Translations under genes and position numbers: made by a program
Notes under the pieces: generated by a model
The model's input: the letters and a program-made list of their open reading frames with translations, nothing else
Databases searched by the model: none
What the model was told of the DNA's origin: nothing
Assembly (NCBI GenBank): GCA_964016885.1
Contig: OZ024743.1
Location: 349,680,001-349,744,000 of the forward strand
Source of the DNA: Eledone cirrhosa
Taxonomy: Eukaryota
Reading direction: 5' to 3'
Length of the DNA: 64,000 nt
Shown here: positions 37,975-50,989 of the stretch, piece after piece
Layout: every line of letters begins with the position of its first letter
Numbering within the stretch: position 1 is the first letter of the stretch

Positions 37975-39130
37975 CAACATGAACAACAACAACAAAATAG
38001 ACAATGACACAGCCAGCAACAATAGCAACACTTTTGATGTTGCCGCTGCTAAGAAAAGGCTATGTTTCCACATGGACTTAACTCGTAGGGAACAACTTTT
38101 GGCCCAGATATGTAAAATAATAAAACGAGAAAAACCTGGGCCAAAGTAAACGTTCTCTCTAAAGTGATGGACCCGGTGGAGCGCAGAAGAATCACGTACA
38201 TATGCAATTCAGTACGGACTCGCAAAACGAAGGTAACCCCTCGAGCTGAAGTTGAGGCCGCACTGAAGTACATCCAAGTAGACATCAAGTACAAGACAAG
38301 AGGCAGGCATTTTGGCCCCATTTAAGTGCTGTGTAAGTCCGAAGCATTCATTGGCTCCCTCTAGGACGGATCAAGTGGTGATGTATCCATCCCACATGGG
38401 CAGAGGGCCAGACAGGGTCCGCATTCCAGGAATTCCATCAGGACTGGACTTTTGGTGACTCCTGGGATGCGTGATCGAGCAGGCATGGATGTGTTGCTCA
38501 TTGATGTCACTAAAACAGCTAGTTCTGGGGTGGATTTTGAATTCCATCAGGACTGGACTTTTGGTGACTCCTGGGATGTGTGATCGAGCAGGCATGGATG
38601 TGTTGCTCATTGATGTCACTAAAACAGCTGTTCTGGGGTGGATTTTGAGATCCTTCTCCAAATCAAACCAGAAAACATAAGACGCATCCCGGATCACTTC
38701 CGCCTACAGGATGGGACGGCCATACAAATGCTCACTGAGGGCAAAAGACCACATTGTTTCGTCTGTAATAAAACCACACACCGGCGAGCCTATTGCCCCC
38801 ACCTAAAAAACGCAAAGCACCGCAAAACTTTATTGCTTCCAACACAGGGGCGTAGACAACCAACCCCACAACCATTAACTCCAGCACTAACACCAGCACC
38901 GGCACCAACACCAGCACCAGCACCGACAGAAACATCAGCATCAAAACCCACCAAGGAAGAGAACGAGGAAAGCTATCCCCACTCCCGAAACAAAAACATA
39001 CATAAACACACAAACATCCCCACATCGGTAAACACACTGCCAGCCCCGAATGACAGAGAGTCCCCAGACATTAGTCCCCCTTCATCCTCAAAATGAAGAT
39101 GGGGGGAATCTCAAAAACCCTAGAAAATAC
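37975..39130 (+). pseudogene. L1/Tx1-type ORF1 with CCHC zinc knuckle; internal ~110 bp tandem duplication
   Basis: EGKRPHCFVCNKTTHRRAYCP (CX2CX4HX4C) followed by a Pro/Thr-rich tail. Duplicated block at ~38430-38539 and ~38540-38648. Confidence 0.75.
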
Positions 39131-39399
39131 AACAAAAATAATAATTTAGGCTCTGGTTCAGCTATTTGGATGCAGAGAACAATTGATTCAATCGACCTCA
39201 GTATTTAACCAGTATTTTATTTTAACGACCCCGAATGCAAATTCAATGTAAACTAGATTTGAATTCTGACTGTAAACTACTATAACTAAATAGATCAACG
39301 TATTTAGTAGTAGTGTTATATATTTATTCCATCTTTATTGCTCCTTGCTTGAGCATAATAATCTGTTCCCTTTGTTTTACATAAATATGAATATATTTT

Positions 39400-42160
39400 A
39401 GAAAACCTGTGAAAACATTGTTTGAGGTTACCAAATTACGAGTGAGAATACGCAACCAGCAAAGAAGAGTTTGTAGCAATGTTGCCAAATTAAAATTCGG
39501 TTTTATAGCGTCTTATAGTTAGATTTGAATACACGAGTACATATTTCGTTTTCCTTATGAGTTAACATCAATGTATATCAATGATTGAAGTAGTACGGCC
39601 TGGCTCACTAATATTTCCGATTTTAAGGCATATTTCTTTATTTGTATCAATATAAGCTGACATTCTTTCTGATGCTTATAGCAATAAAGTTGTGTTAGAG
39701 TTCATAACTGCTGCAATATTCCTTACGAGATATTAAACCAAATTTTACACATAAATAATATAGAGAATCTTCAGTTCCATTTCATAACTTTGGTTTAGCA
39801 TTATTCATGCAGCGAGTGAGGATGTATACAATTTGAAATAGCACACTATGTGTAGCCTTTACAGGAATTGTGCTCACATATTTCATTATATTTATAAATT
39901 TCACTCAAAAACGGTTTAGTATCGTTTTTCCTCTATTGTAGCCCAGCAATTGGACATTTTGTTAAAAATCTGTATTCAGCTAGAGATATGAAATATTTTA
40001 ATGAACTAAAATATTCCATCAATTGGAAAAGTTGGCCTGGGGGATAGCATTTCTTGATGAAAACAGTGATACTTTCATTGAACTTCAAAAACCACTGAAA
40101 TCAAAATAAAAGAAATGTGTACCATCACTTTCTTGTGCACACTTTTCTATTGTTTTTAATTTTAGCTTTATCCTTTACTTCTTCAATTTTATGTTCAAAC
40201 AAATTAAGGTTATGATATATTTTTCAATATTATAAGTCAATATTTCAACTTTCGGGGAAAGTAGCTTATATTTATACCCATATAATTTTACAAATAATAT
40301 CAATCATGTAATAATCTGCTTTTATCAATAGGATTCGTTTCAAATAATTTATTCCCGTGTTGTATTTCATCAGAAATGGTTTACATAAGTAACAAATATG
40401 TCACGTTATTTTCATTATTAATGATGGCATTAGTATAGAATTTTCTCATATTTTCAAATTGGGTTTTATATCCTTATCATGTCTCGTTCAATACTTACCC
40501 ACTTAGTTTTGTAGCCGTAAGAATTTATTATGGGTTTTATCCAACATTAATTGCCTAGTTCAGGTATATGTAAATTAACTGTCTAAATCATGAACAAACC
40601 ATTTGTGTATTTCTTATATAAACATTCCAAGTTTCTTGGAAGGGAGCCATCAGAAGCATGACCAGAAGGAATTTCGGTTTTACATGTTTGATAATTCCAA
40701 CTATGACACTATATACACCGATAGCAACAAGTTTCTTTATATATAATATAAATTCGTCCAAATTCATACAGAGTTTGAGATTTTACATTGCAGATAGCAT
40801 ATTTATCTAATTGTAACAGACCACGATATTTAGATATACCGTTATATTTGTCACTAATATATTAGGTTTATAGAGCCATTTCAAGATAGTGATATCATTT
40901 TAAGATAGTGTTATCATTTGATTTATTTCGTAATAAAACTAAATGTCCATCTCCGATATCGTCAAAATGAAACTGATCACGTTTTATCCCCATTCAAGTA
41001 GTGCATTCTTGATTTGTTATAATTTAATTATCATTAATATTAGCTTTACAAATACGATTATTGGTTATTATTGAATAATGACTGTATATAAACATGGTCA
41101 TATTTCTTTCTAGCCTAGTAATTTCCTTACAATTAATATATTAAGGCAGCGATGCTCTTTTCAGGAAATTGGTACGAGTGTGTGCTTCTAAAGATTTCTT
41201 ATGTTAATATTGGAATATTTTGGTGGAATGTAACACTTGTAAACTTTTCAACGAGTCAAACAAGTATTTCTTTCAATAATAACTAAAGATATTTAGAAAA
41301 AGATATATTCCTAAGCCTTTCGCATGAAAGTATTTCTTTATATCGCGCTATTCTACATTTATATGTTGAAAGCTGCAATTATCAAACAATTCTCTGTTGG
41401 GCTAGTTTTGTCGTTGCCCACACCTAAAGTAAAATTGAAATAATTTCCGGTGTACAGTGCTAAAATGTGACATTGAGAAAGGTGTAAGTTCAATAGTTAA
41501 TCGTAACAAATTGAGAGCTTAGTGTGATTTTCAGTCTATTGTATTTATATCAGAAGTATTAGATATATTTCATAAATACTCCAAATTAAAATAAATAAAG
41601 CCGCTATGTTGAAAATGATATATATTAAATAAAACTTTGAAGAAAACATTCTTTTTAAACGATATATATTGAAAACAATAATACATTTGTTCGTTAAATC
41701 ATCGGTGTATTTTATTTTAAAAGATTTAATTATGAAAACAAAGTCTACTAATAATAATAATGCTCTTTTTATAGTTCAAGTTGGGGTTATTTAGAAAGAC
41801 TTCTTGGGCTATTTCGAGTACGAGATTACTTACCTGGAAGAGCCACTTATTCTTCATTTCTGTTGTATAATTATCACTGTTTAGAAAGCTAATTGTGTGG
41901 TCTCATTATCAATTTCATTAGGTACTAAGAGATATTTTAATCTATTTACTATCCTTACTCATTTGGTTGGGTCTTGCTATTATTATATTGAAAGATCTGA
42001 AGTTATCCCAATTGTCCTTTATAGCAACTACGATTGTTGCATACATCAGTTTATCCTTATAATATTGATATTCGCATGTATTTTCGTTAAGTCTACAATA
42101 ACTAGTTTTGTCTTTTATATTGTTTCAGATTTATCAATGTTTTATCCAGAGGAAGGTCTT
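39400..42160 (+). mobile_element. Possible very old Penelope-like relic
   Basis: Only faint motifs: FYMFDNSNY...IAT-like (~40680-40730), and ttttatccagaggaaggtc (~42140) resembling the start of hammerhead copy B. Confidence 0.25.
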
Positions 42161-42854
42161 CAATAACTTACACATTTAAAATTATCTTCCGCTTTAGATT
42201 ATTATCGTATCCTCAATTCTTAATTTTATATTTTCTTTTGAGTAGATTTGATTTGACTTTTGTTTGCCAGTATTGAAGATCTTCAAATATATAGGTTATT
42301 TTAATCGTGTGTCGTTTTCTTGTTGATGGTCAGTTGGTGGAATACATGGCTGTTTGGGAATTGTTATCCAGGTAGTGAGAGAGAATATGTCGCCACATAT
42401 GTTTTACAGCAATATTATATTTCGTTGCCTAGCGAGATTTTATGTGGTTGCTATTTTCGCTTAGCATTTACATTCCTTTTTAGTATCGACTAAGTAATAG
42501 TGTTTTGCACTGTACTCTGCAGCTCTATTAAAGTTGATGAGGTGTAATTGGTAAATAATACGCTAATCCTTTTGCTAATGATGATTGGTATAAACTTGAT
42601 GAGATTCTCTGAATGGTTGGACTCAGTTTGGATGTACGATTAATGATATTTACGTTGCGTGATGTATTTTTAGGATATCGAGTTTCATTGAACTTGCCTA
42701 AGTTGGGGTGACTTTAGGAAAAGCATCTTCGAAACCATATGTACCGATCAATGTGTTAAGACATCAACACAGTAAATAATGTTTTTTCTGTGGTGTAATG
42801 ACCTAATTTTCGGCAATTTTATGCTGGTTCTCTTCGCTGAGAGTATGGTTGCAT

Positions 42855-43034
42855 TATTGGCAGTATTGGTAGTGGGTCGGACGCCATGCATGGCAGCATA
42901 GAGTTACGGCCCTTTATGATCTGAGTTAAAATCACGCAGAGATTAACTTTGCCTTTAATCCCTAGCAGGTCGATAAAATAAAGCACCAGAAATAAACTGA
43001 GATAATTGCTGGCCTTGTACCAACAATTAGAAAC

Positions 43035-43035
<1 letters not shown>
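42855..43035 (+). mobile_element. tRNA-derived SINE (major family)
   Basis: ttggcagtattggtag...gtcggacgccatgc...ctgagttaaaatc...aactttgccttt...gtcgataaaataaagcacc...gctggccttgtacc...tagaaacaatt. Confidence 0.75.
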
Positions 43036-43092
<57 letters not shown>

Positions 43093-43243
43093 GGGGGTGG
43101 AGGCATAATATATTTGTTCACAAGAACATATAACTGAACTGAGATACATATAATAATATCATGTTTATAATGAAATAGTAACAAAAGCTATTATATCTCT
43201 ACTACACACCATCAAAGGTGGGCAATTAAAGAAAAATACTTAC

Positions 43244-43501
43244 TTGAGTAATGTAGTGTTTAAAGGAATAAGTTCATTATTTATGGAAACATAAGGTAGG
43301 GCGAAGTTTTTCCAATCTAAAACATCGTCAGCAAATACAGATGAAGCCATAGCAAGCGGCTTAAATATTCGCTGCTGAACCAGTTCTTTCCAGCTTTGGC
43401 CACTTATTTTTTCAGCTATGTAACCAGCAAGGATATACATGTAATTGTTATACACATAGGCAGAATGAAACTTCTTATAAGGTTTCAAATAGCGAAGCCG
43501 C
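43244..43501 (-). CDS. Beta-lactamase-related serine hydrolase, internal exon carrying the YxN motif
   Basis: Acceptor ctttttcag|G and donor AA|GTAAGT. Translation RLRYLKPYKKFHSAYVYNNYMYILAGYIAEKISGQSWKELVQQRIFKPLAM...ALPY. Confidence 0.93.
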
Positions 43502-44559
43502 CTGAAAAAGGAAAAAATTTAATGGATGAAAATTGATTTTTCTTTTCATAAATAAATTGTGTTCAAATATACAGCAACACATACACAAACACACACAAAC
43601 ACACACCCACGCGCACACACACACACATACACACACACACACATACACTCGTCAAGCATACTCACACATGCGTTTACATCGGTTTCTTAAGAAATTAGAA
43701 AAAGTACAAAATGTATAATAACAATGATATATGCATGCATATATGTATATATACATATATATATAAATATATATATGTGTGTGTGCATTCATTTATGTAT
43801 GCATATGTGTATGTACGTATGTATGTGGTATGCATACGTGCAGTTATGTATCGTATTCCTGTATGTTTGAGGCATGCATGTAAAGTTTGTGTGTTCGTGA
43901 GCACTGTTGGTAACATGTAGCTGTAAAACCTGTTAGTTCCTATCACTGGTGACTAAATTGGGAAACCAGAGAGTGAATTTTGGACATTCCATGTAGTACG
44001 TATTTAGCCAAATAGCAGACAAACTCATCAGAATTAATGACGCACTAATTGTATGTACATATGTTTGTGGATATATGTATATGTGTAGAAATATTCTTAT
44101 GTGAATGCATATGATAAAATGATTATCTACTTAAAGCTGGTTTTGCTTTTTGCTAGCTTCGCTGCATCGAAGATTATAGTGTGTCTCTTGAATTGAGCAA
44201 AAGGTTTGTCGCAATATAATTGGATGTGTCGACACAAGTCTTTCCTTACCGCAAGCAAAGACTGACATTCTTCGAGACGCAAGAAGGCAGTGAATACTTC
44301 GTTGTGATTGCTCCAACAATGAAATATTGGAAGATGTATTATAAGTTGTATCGGTCTCAGTTCTCTGGTCGCTTCTGCTGTTGTGTCTGACGTTGAAGTG
44401 CTGTCGATATCGGCTATGTGTGGTCTTATTATCGTCAAAGTAGTGTATGAAGGAAAGGGGGAAATCGATTAAATCGACCCTAATACGTGAATGGAACTTT
44501 ATAATGGACACAAACACGTTAAGGAAATACGACGAAGGGCTATAATACAGTAGGATTTG

Positions 44560-45130
44560 CGATGCAATATGTGAAATGAAAATAACTATAACGTATAATA
44601 AAACTAACGAGAAGGAAAATCCCCAAATGATGGACACAACTACTTAGAACTTAGCAAGGAGCACCAGTGATCAAGGATTACTTTATTCAAAGGTCCTCCC
44701 TCACCTCTTTATTTTTTTGCCTAGAGGTGCAGGCTGAGAGAGGCACATTCATTCGGTGTATGATCACTGAGGGCAACAGTTCTCTCTCCCTCTTGATCTT
44801 CTCGATACAAAGCTTGGGTAAAAAGAAAGGTTTGCCATTACTCGTTTCAGTCCTTGCAACATAGCCACCAGACAGATGAATACTCTCTGCTATTCTATGT
44901 CGAAAATGTAGTAGTGCGACATTTTTGGTGGATTCGAACAATACTCTGATCCATTTTACACGGGACAACAGCTGTTCAAGAAATCTCCACAAAGCAGCAC
45001 ATCTTGAAACACGAACATACAGAACGGTTTCGTCGCTTTGCACGACTACCCGGCTGACGGTGCTTCCGTTCCTGTAATGTTTAATTCGAAACGGCAATGT
45101 CATCAGTAATGGCGCCAAGTCAAATACTTA
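44560..45130 (-). mobile_element. Decayed L1/Tx1 3' fragment
   Basis: ORF 44687..45118, VQSDETVLY...CAALWRFLEQLLSRV...EKIKRERELL, resembles the zf-RVT region at 28240-28760. Confidence 0.6.
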
Positions 45131-45681
45131 TGAAATTATCAGCAATTTTCAGATTGAAAAGTCTGCTGAAAAGTCTAGCCAGGTGACTGTTTTCGACGCT
45201 CAGTATCTTAAATAATACCCTAAATCTTCAAAAATATTACTTAATTGCGTGGTTATAGGGCCGTTTCAGCGACTAAATCTGTTTGCTTAAATCGTGAGAA
45301 ACAAAGGCAATATATTTCAGTGAAATGGTATATTGAATAGTGCAGTACTGTGTATAAAATAAAATAGGATGGTAACCATTGGTAAGCCTTCGATCATAGA
45401 ACAAACATGTTGCAAAACAGCAATAGGAATAATTATATGTACATGCATCATGGTCTACGCAATCGCTATTCAATAAATTAACGCCAACACATATTCAACA
45501 TACTCTATATAATTACAATGCAACTCACTCAACGTATCTTCTATATAGCTGATGAGCCGTTTCAAAACTAGTCTCCCATCTAACGCCAGGACAAATTGTA
45601 CAGTCGTGGACATTACTGAACCCCAAAACCTAAGGTCACGCATACATGTTAAGTGTATGGGATTTTAATTACAGCACATAT

Positions 45682-45717
<36 letters not shown>

Positions 45718-45721
<4 letters not shown>

Positions 45722-46814
45722 AATAATGATGGCTGCGCGTTGCAAATGGTGGTGCATATGAAAAAGTAAGTCCTTCATCAGTGACCCTCCAACCGTCCCA
45801 GGCATTTCATCGCTTTAATGCCATATGCCTCAGGTTGGTGCGAACAACGGCTAAAAAAAGTCGTTGGGACACATAAATAAAGGGGACGCCAGGGTAACAA
45901 ACAAAAAGGTTTAAGCAACGGAAAGTGAGAAGAAATAGACAAGTCCCAGATCTCTATAAATATAAACTCGGTGAAATCGTGAACAAGAGACAAAAGACCA
46001 TCAAACCTGGTTGAAATGTGAGCAAGGAAAGAATTTCGCACAGGTCTAACGGGGGGGGGGAGGAAGAAGAAGAAGAAGAAGAAGAAGAAGAAGAAGAAGA
46101 AGAAGAAGAAGAAGAAGAAGAAGAAGAAGAAGAAGAAGAAGAAGAAGATAATGGGGTCTGGTCTACGAATTCGGTAAACATAAGTTTTGTGAAGTCGCAG
46201 ACGAAAGAGAGAGAGAGAAAAAAAATTCCATACCAGCTTGGCCAAGACCGCGCGAGAAAAGAATTATACACAGGTCAAACTTGAAGGAGGAGGAGGAAAG
46301 AGGAGGAGGAGATGTAGTGACAGAGAATGAGTGAGTGAAAGTTGAGGAGGAGGCTAACAGAGAGAGAGACTGCTAGAAAGGGTAAAAGGTACAAAGAACG
46401 AGAAAGGTTAAAAGGTACAAAGAACGAAACAGACGAGTGGCAGCAGAAGAAAAATTATGTGTAAATATGATAATAATGATGGCTGCGCGTTGCAAATGGT
46501 GGTGCATATGAAAAAGTAAGTCCTTCATCAGTGACCCTCCAACCGTCCCAGGCATTTCATCGCTTTAAGGGCCATATGCCTCAGGTTGGTGCGAACAACG
46601 GCTAAAAAAAGTCGTTGGGACACGTAAACAAAGGGGACGCCGGGTAACAAACATAAAGGTTTAAGCAACGGAAAGTGAGAAATAATAGACAAGTCCCAGA
46701 TCTCTATGAATATAAACTCGGTGAAATCGTGAACAAGAGACAACAGAACATCAAACCTGGTTGAAATGTGAGCAAGGAAAGAATTTCGCACAGGTCTAAC
46801 GGGGGGGGGGGGGA
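45718..46814 (-). repeat. (TA)n-inserted element: 1.45-mer of a 750 bp unit (~345 bp direct repeats) containing (GAA)n
   Basis: tgataataatgatggctgcgc...cgcacaggtctaacgggggg at 45718-46061 and 46468-46814. (TA)n on both flanks. Confidence 0.9.
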
Positions 46815-46941
46815 GATATATATATATATATATATATAAACGTGTGTGCGCTTGAAAATCTTATGATTTGTAGCCGGAAGTTACGCCTGAGATAAAATTG
46901 TTAGCGCCCCTGAATCGTAGAAGATATAACCAGTGCAAAGG

Positions 46942-46986
<45 letters not shown>

Positions 46987-46988
46987 AT

Positions 46989-47451
46989 TGTTATATTTTC
47001 AGAGGGTTATGTTGCCAATAAAAACACCCGCACCCGTTGGTTTTCACTCAAATTTATTATAGATTTCCGGTTGGTTGGTTCGATATACGGGAAGTTGTTT
47101 ATATATTGTCAAAGCTCTTTCGTCACACATTATGTGACATCCTCAGTGACTATATTTTTATTTTGTGTGTCTCTCCTTTGTTCTGTGGTACATCATCTTC
47201 TTTTTGCGTGTTGTGTCACACAAAAAAACAAGATGGCGTAGGACAGAACGAAGGAGATGCACACAAAATAAAAATATAGTTACTAAGGAGGTCACAGAAT
47301 GTGTGACGGAAGAGTTTTGACAATATATAAACAACCTTCGGGATATCGAACCAACCGACCAACCACCCAACCGGAAATTTATAATAAATTAAAGTGAAAC
47401 TAATATGTGCGTGTGTTTTTATTGGCAACATGACCCTCCCAAAGTATAACA
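46989..47451. repeat. Foldback/MITE-like inverted repeat with ~210 bp imperfect arms
   Basis: tgttatattttcagagggttatgttgccaataaaaacac...ttccggttggttggttcgatat mirrored by atatcgaaccaacc...ccggaaa...gtgtttttattggcaacatgaccctcccaaagtataaca. Confidence 0.85.
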
Positions 47452-47510
47452 GTATCTGTTTCAACACACGTTTTCAGAAGAAATCTCGCAAAACAAATTC
47501 AAAAACGAAT

Positions 47511-47552
<42 letters not shown>

Positions 47553-47579
47553 CGTGTGTGTGTGTGTGTATATATAATA

Positions 47580-48460
47580 TACATTTAAAATTATAAATAT
47601 CATGTGTGAGATAACCTCGAACCTGCGCCTTATCGTCTAAGTATATATCTCAAAGAATAAATCTGAGCTGTTAATCATTACAAAAAAGTGAATGACATAT
47701 ATACATATATATATCTAATGGTATATACGTACAATAGAATATGAACTTTAACGGAAGACAATTTGCATTGCATATAAGAACACATGGTTCATTACGGTAT
47801 CATATTAACATTTAACAAAAAATGTTTAATATAGATACCTGATAAAAATAATATATACTTTTCCTTTAAACATATCCTTCAGAAATCAGGAATAGGTTTC
47901 ACCAAAATATCAGTGCAGTTAGATGATCGATCTGGCTCGTCAGTAAAAGAAAATCGATCCATCTGAACGTACACATGTTAAAATACAGAACTGAGAATAG
48001 CGAAAGAAGCATATGGTGTTATAAAAAAAAGCCACTGTACACTGTTACTGTCCGTGTGACGTGAAAGGATTTTAGGACAACTAGAATTAGCAGCCTAATC
48101 TCTCAAGATAGTAAAGCTCAAACAAGTAAATATATTACATTTAAAATTACATATGACGCCTTATCATCTAAGAATAAACTCAAAGAATAAATCTGAGCAG
48201 TTAATCATTACAAAAGAGTGAATGACATATATGCATGCACATATATCGAATGATACAACAGAACATATAAACTTTAACAGGAGACATTCTGCATTGAATG
48301 TAAGAGTACATGGTTCATTACAGTAGTATATTAACATTTAACAACAATTTTAAATATATATATTTTTCCTTTATATGCCACCTGTTAAAGTTTATATGTT
48401 CTATTGTACGTATATATATATCATTAGATATATATGTATATATGTCATTCACTATTTTCC
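47580..48460. repeat. Direct repeat (~550 bp period) followed by an inverted copy of part of the unit
   Basis: cgccttatc.tctaag...aaagaataaatctgagc...catggttcattac at ~47625-47870 and ~48157-48372. 48382-48455 is the reverse complement of ~47685-47752. Confidence 0.75.
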
Positions 48461-49452
48461 AATGATATATATATATAAGGATTTTGCTTCACTAACATAC
48501 GGTATCGTGTGCATTGCCACTTAATGGAAACCTGTGCAAATATCTTTTACCATATCACCGGTTCGATCCAGGCTTTCTGACTGATAGTTGTTAGTTGGAA
48601 GCCCTTGAAATATATTGCACAAGCTGTTTAATGGTATTTCCTGGTAATACACTTTATCACACGATTGCGACATGACAATAACGTTTAAGATATACGCACC
48701 TTTGGCATACGCATGGCTGATACGTTAATTTACTGTTCAGCATTCAATGAACTGAAAGCTCCTTAATAAAGAGGCGGATTATCCATCTAACATACAAAAA
48801 ATATAGTCGAAAAGAAAGATGCTAGCATCATCTTCACAATGCACCTATGGTTTGGGCCCCGTGCTCTCCGCCTACCACAAATATCGATCTCATATCTCAT
48901 AAGAACAATATGGCACAATTATTTAACCTCAACCGTCCCTCTCTCTTTAACATCACAACAAAACACATAAAAACAGAAACAGATTCCCTCGAATTCAAAA
49001 GAACTTTGTACAAATTCCTCCAATAAATTCCGCATAAACCCGCTACCACCGTATATGTCCCAGAAATCAATAACTCTCTACTTGAGTGGGCCATGGTGTT
49101 CGTGCTTCTATTATGTTAGAGATGGCCAGGGCCAGTATTGGTCAAAACCTATCAAAGGTACATAAGAATAACTTTATTCGCCTAGAAAACACATTGGTGT
49201 TATGAGGATTTTCGCTTGAAAAAAAAAAGAAATATATATATATATATACATCGATATGTCCTCATTAGTTTCTTCGTTGTTTTTGGTATAGTGTGGCCAT
49301 GTCTGCCTGCATCAATTTTCAATTTGTCAAGCTGTCTAAACGTATGTTATTACTCTTAGGCCTCACCTTATTGAGTGCTTTTCTGCTCATTCCTAATTGT
49401 AGGTCGTTTTGCTTGGCCACACCCAAAGCTTCGATTTTACTAAACTTCGACT

Positions 49453-49509
<57 letters not shown>

Positions 49510-49619
49510 TAAAATAATGAATAAACAAAGAAACAGTTCCTTATATTAAAAAAATTCATCATTTTACGATCGTTTCTAGGATATATATATACACACACAT
49601 ATATATATATATATATACA

Positions 49620-49657
<38 letters not shown>

Positions 49658-49971
49658 TATACACATACACACACACACATACACACATATATATATGCAC
49701 ATATATATATATATACACACATATATACATACATATATACATATATATATACACACATACATGCACACATACATACACATATATATATACACACACATAC
49801 ACACTTATATATACATATAATTATTGGGGGGGGGGATTAAATTTATTAGTGAGAAATAGTAAATATATATAGTTTTCAAGGAACATAGAGTCATAACCTG
49901 AAGTTAAAGCATTATATATGTTTACTTAATGGTATCAGTTTTAGGAAATTATATTTGTAGGAAGGAAAGCA

Positions 49972-50193
49972 AAATTATGTAGTTCATCAGTAGTAGAATA
50001 TTAATTATAGGTTAACTAAATTAAAAATAGTTTATATATTAATTTCTAAAGTGTATATTAATTAGGTTTATAATATTTAAAGCAGAATTATGTAGTTCAT
50101 CAGTAGTAGAATATTAATTACAGGTTAACTAAATTAAAAATAATTTATATATTAATTTCTAAAGTGTATATTAATTAGGTTTATAATATTTAA
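49972..50193. repeat. ~113 bp tandem duplication
   Basis: aattatgtagttcatcagtagtagaatattaatta...ggtttataatatttaaa occurs twice. Confidence 0.9.
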
Positions 50194-50255
50194 ATGTTTT
50201 TCTCAGTTTATGATTACACGATATTATTAATTCCTGTCGCCTATATATATATAGG

Positions 50256-50363
50256 AAAAAGTATGACCCTGACGACAGAGCTCAAGCCGTTTCGACGGGT
50301 ATTTCTGAGTCCAGAAATAGCCGTCGAAATGTCTTGAGCTCTGCGGTCGGAGTCATACTTTTT
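50256..50363. repeat. ~108 bp imperfect hairpin
   Basis: aaaaagtatgaccctgacgacagagctcaagccgtttcgacgggtatttctg-agtc-cagaaatagccgtcgaaatgtcttgagctctgcggtcggagtcatacttttt. Confidence 0.85.
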
Positions 50364-50420
50364 TATTTATAGCAGTAAATAAAGGATTATGAGTTCATGC
50401 AATTGACTTATGTTTCGTCA

Positions 50421-50482
<62 letters not shown>

Positions 50483-50534
50483 AAAAGAATGAAATGAAAT
50501 GAAATTTCTCACTCTTAGTACGGCTGATACTTAA

Positions 50535-50989
50535 ATATGAGTATGTATACGTACATACATATATGTATACAGACGTACAGTAGTATGTATATATATACAT
50601 ACATGCACACATATATATATATACGTATGGGTCTACCGAACATTTATTATAATTGTTTCTACTTTAGGCACAAGGCCAGCAATTACCAGTACATTACTGG
50701 TACTTTATTTTATCGACCCCGTAAGGATGAAAGGCAAAGTTAACCTCGGCGAGTTTTGAACTCAGACTGTAAAGGGACGTAACTATGATAGAAAGCATGG
50801 CGTCCAACCCTCTACCGATACTGCCAATTAACCGCCCTATGTTCGCTCTTTGGTTACAAACAAACCGAACATTATAATAAATGTTCGGTAAACCCATACG
50901 TACATATATATATGTGTGCATGTATGTATATATATACATACTACTGTACGTCTGTATACATATATATATGTACGTATACATACTTATAT
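50535..50989. repeat. ~115 bp inverted repeats bracketing a SINE
   Basis: Left arm 50535-50653 and right arm 50871-50989 are reverse complements; a major-family SINE (-) occupies ~50654-50837. Confidence 0.85.

Larger units (their letters stand above)
27990..39145 (-). mobile_element. Composite L1/Tx1-clade LINE, interrupted by a Helitron and a CR1-like LINE, with an inverted ORF1 5' part
   Basis: 3' end and (ATT)n tail at ~27961-28020; zf-RVT region 28240-28856; RT 30130-31650; APE 31650-32334 and 37272-37540; ORF1 C-terminus 37574-37965 (-); ORF1 N-terminus/CCHC 37975-39130 (+). AAAAATAATAAT at 27978-27989 and 39134-39145 may be the TSD. Confidence 0.8.

Noticed and set aside
45549-45573. 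CTGATGAgccgtttcAAAActagtc as a hammerhead
   Set aside because: GAAA is AAAA, stem II is 1 bp and there is no stem I. At most a dead relic.
49984-50103. Two minus-strand CTGATGA motifs in the 113 bp duplication
   Set aside because: No downstream GAAA or stem II.
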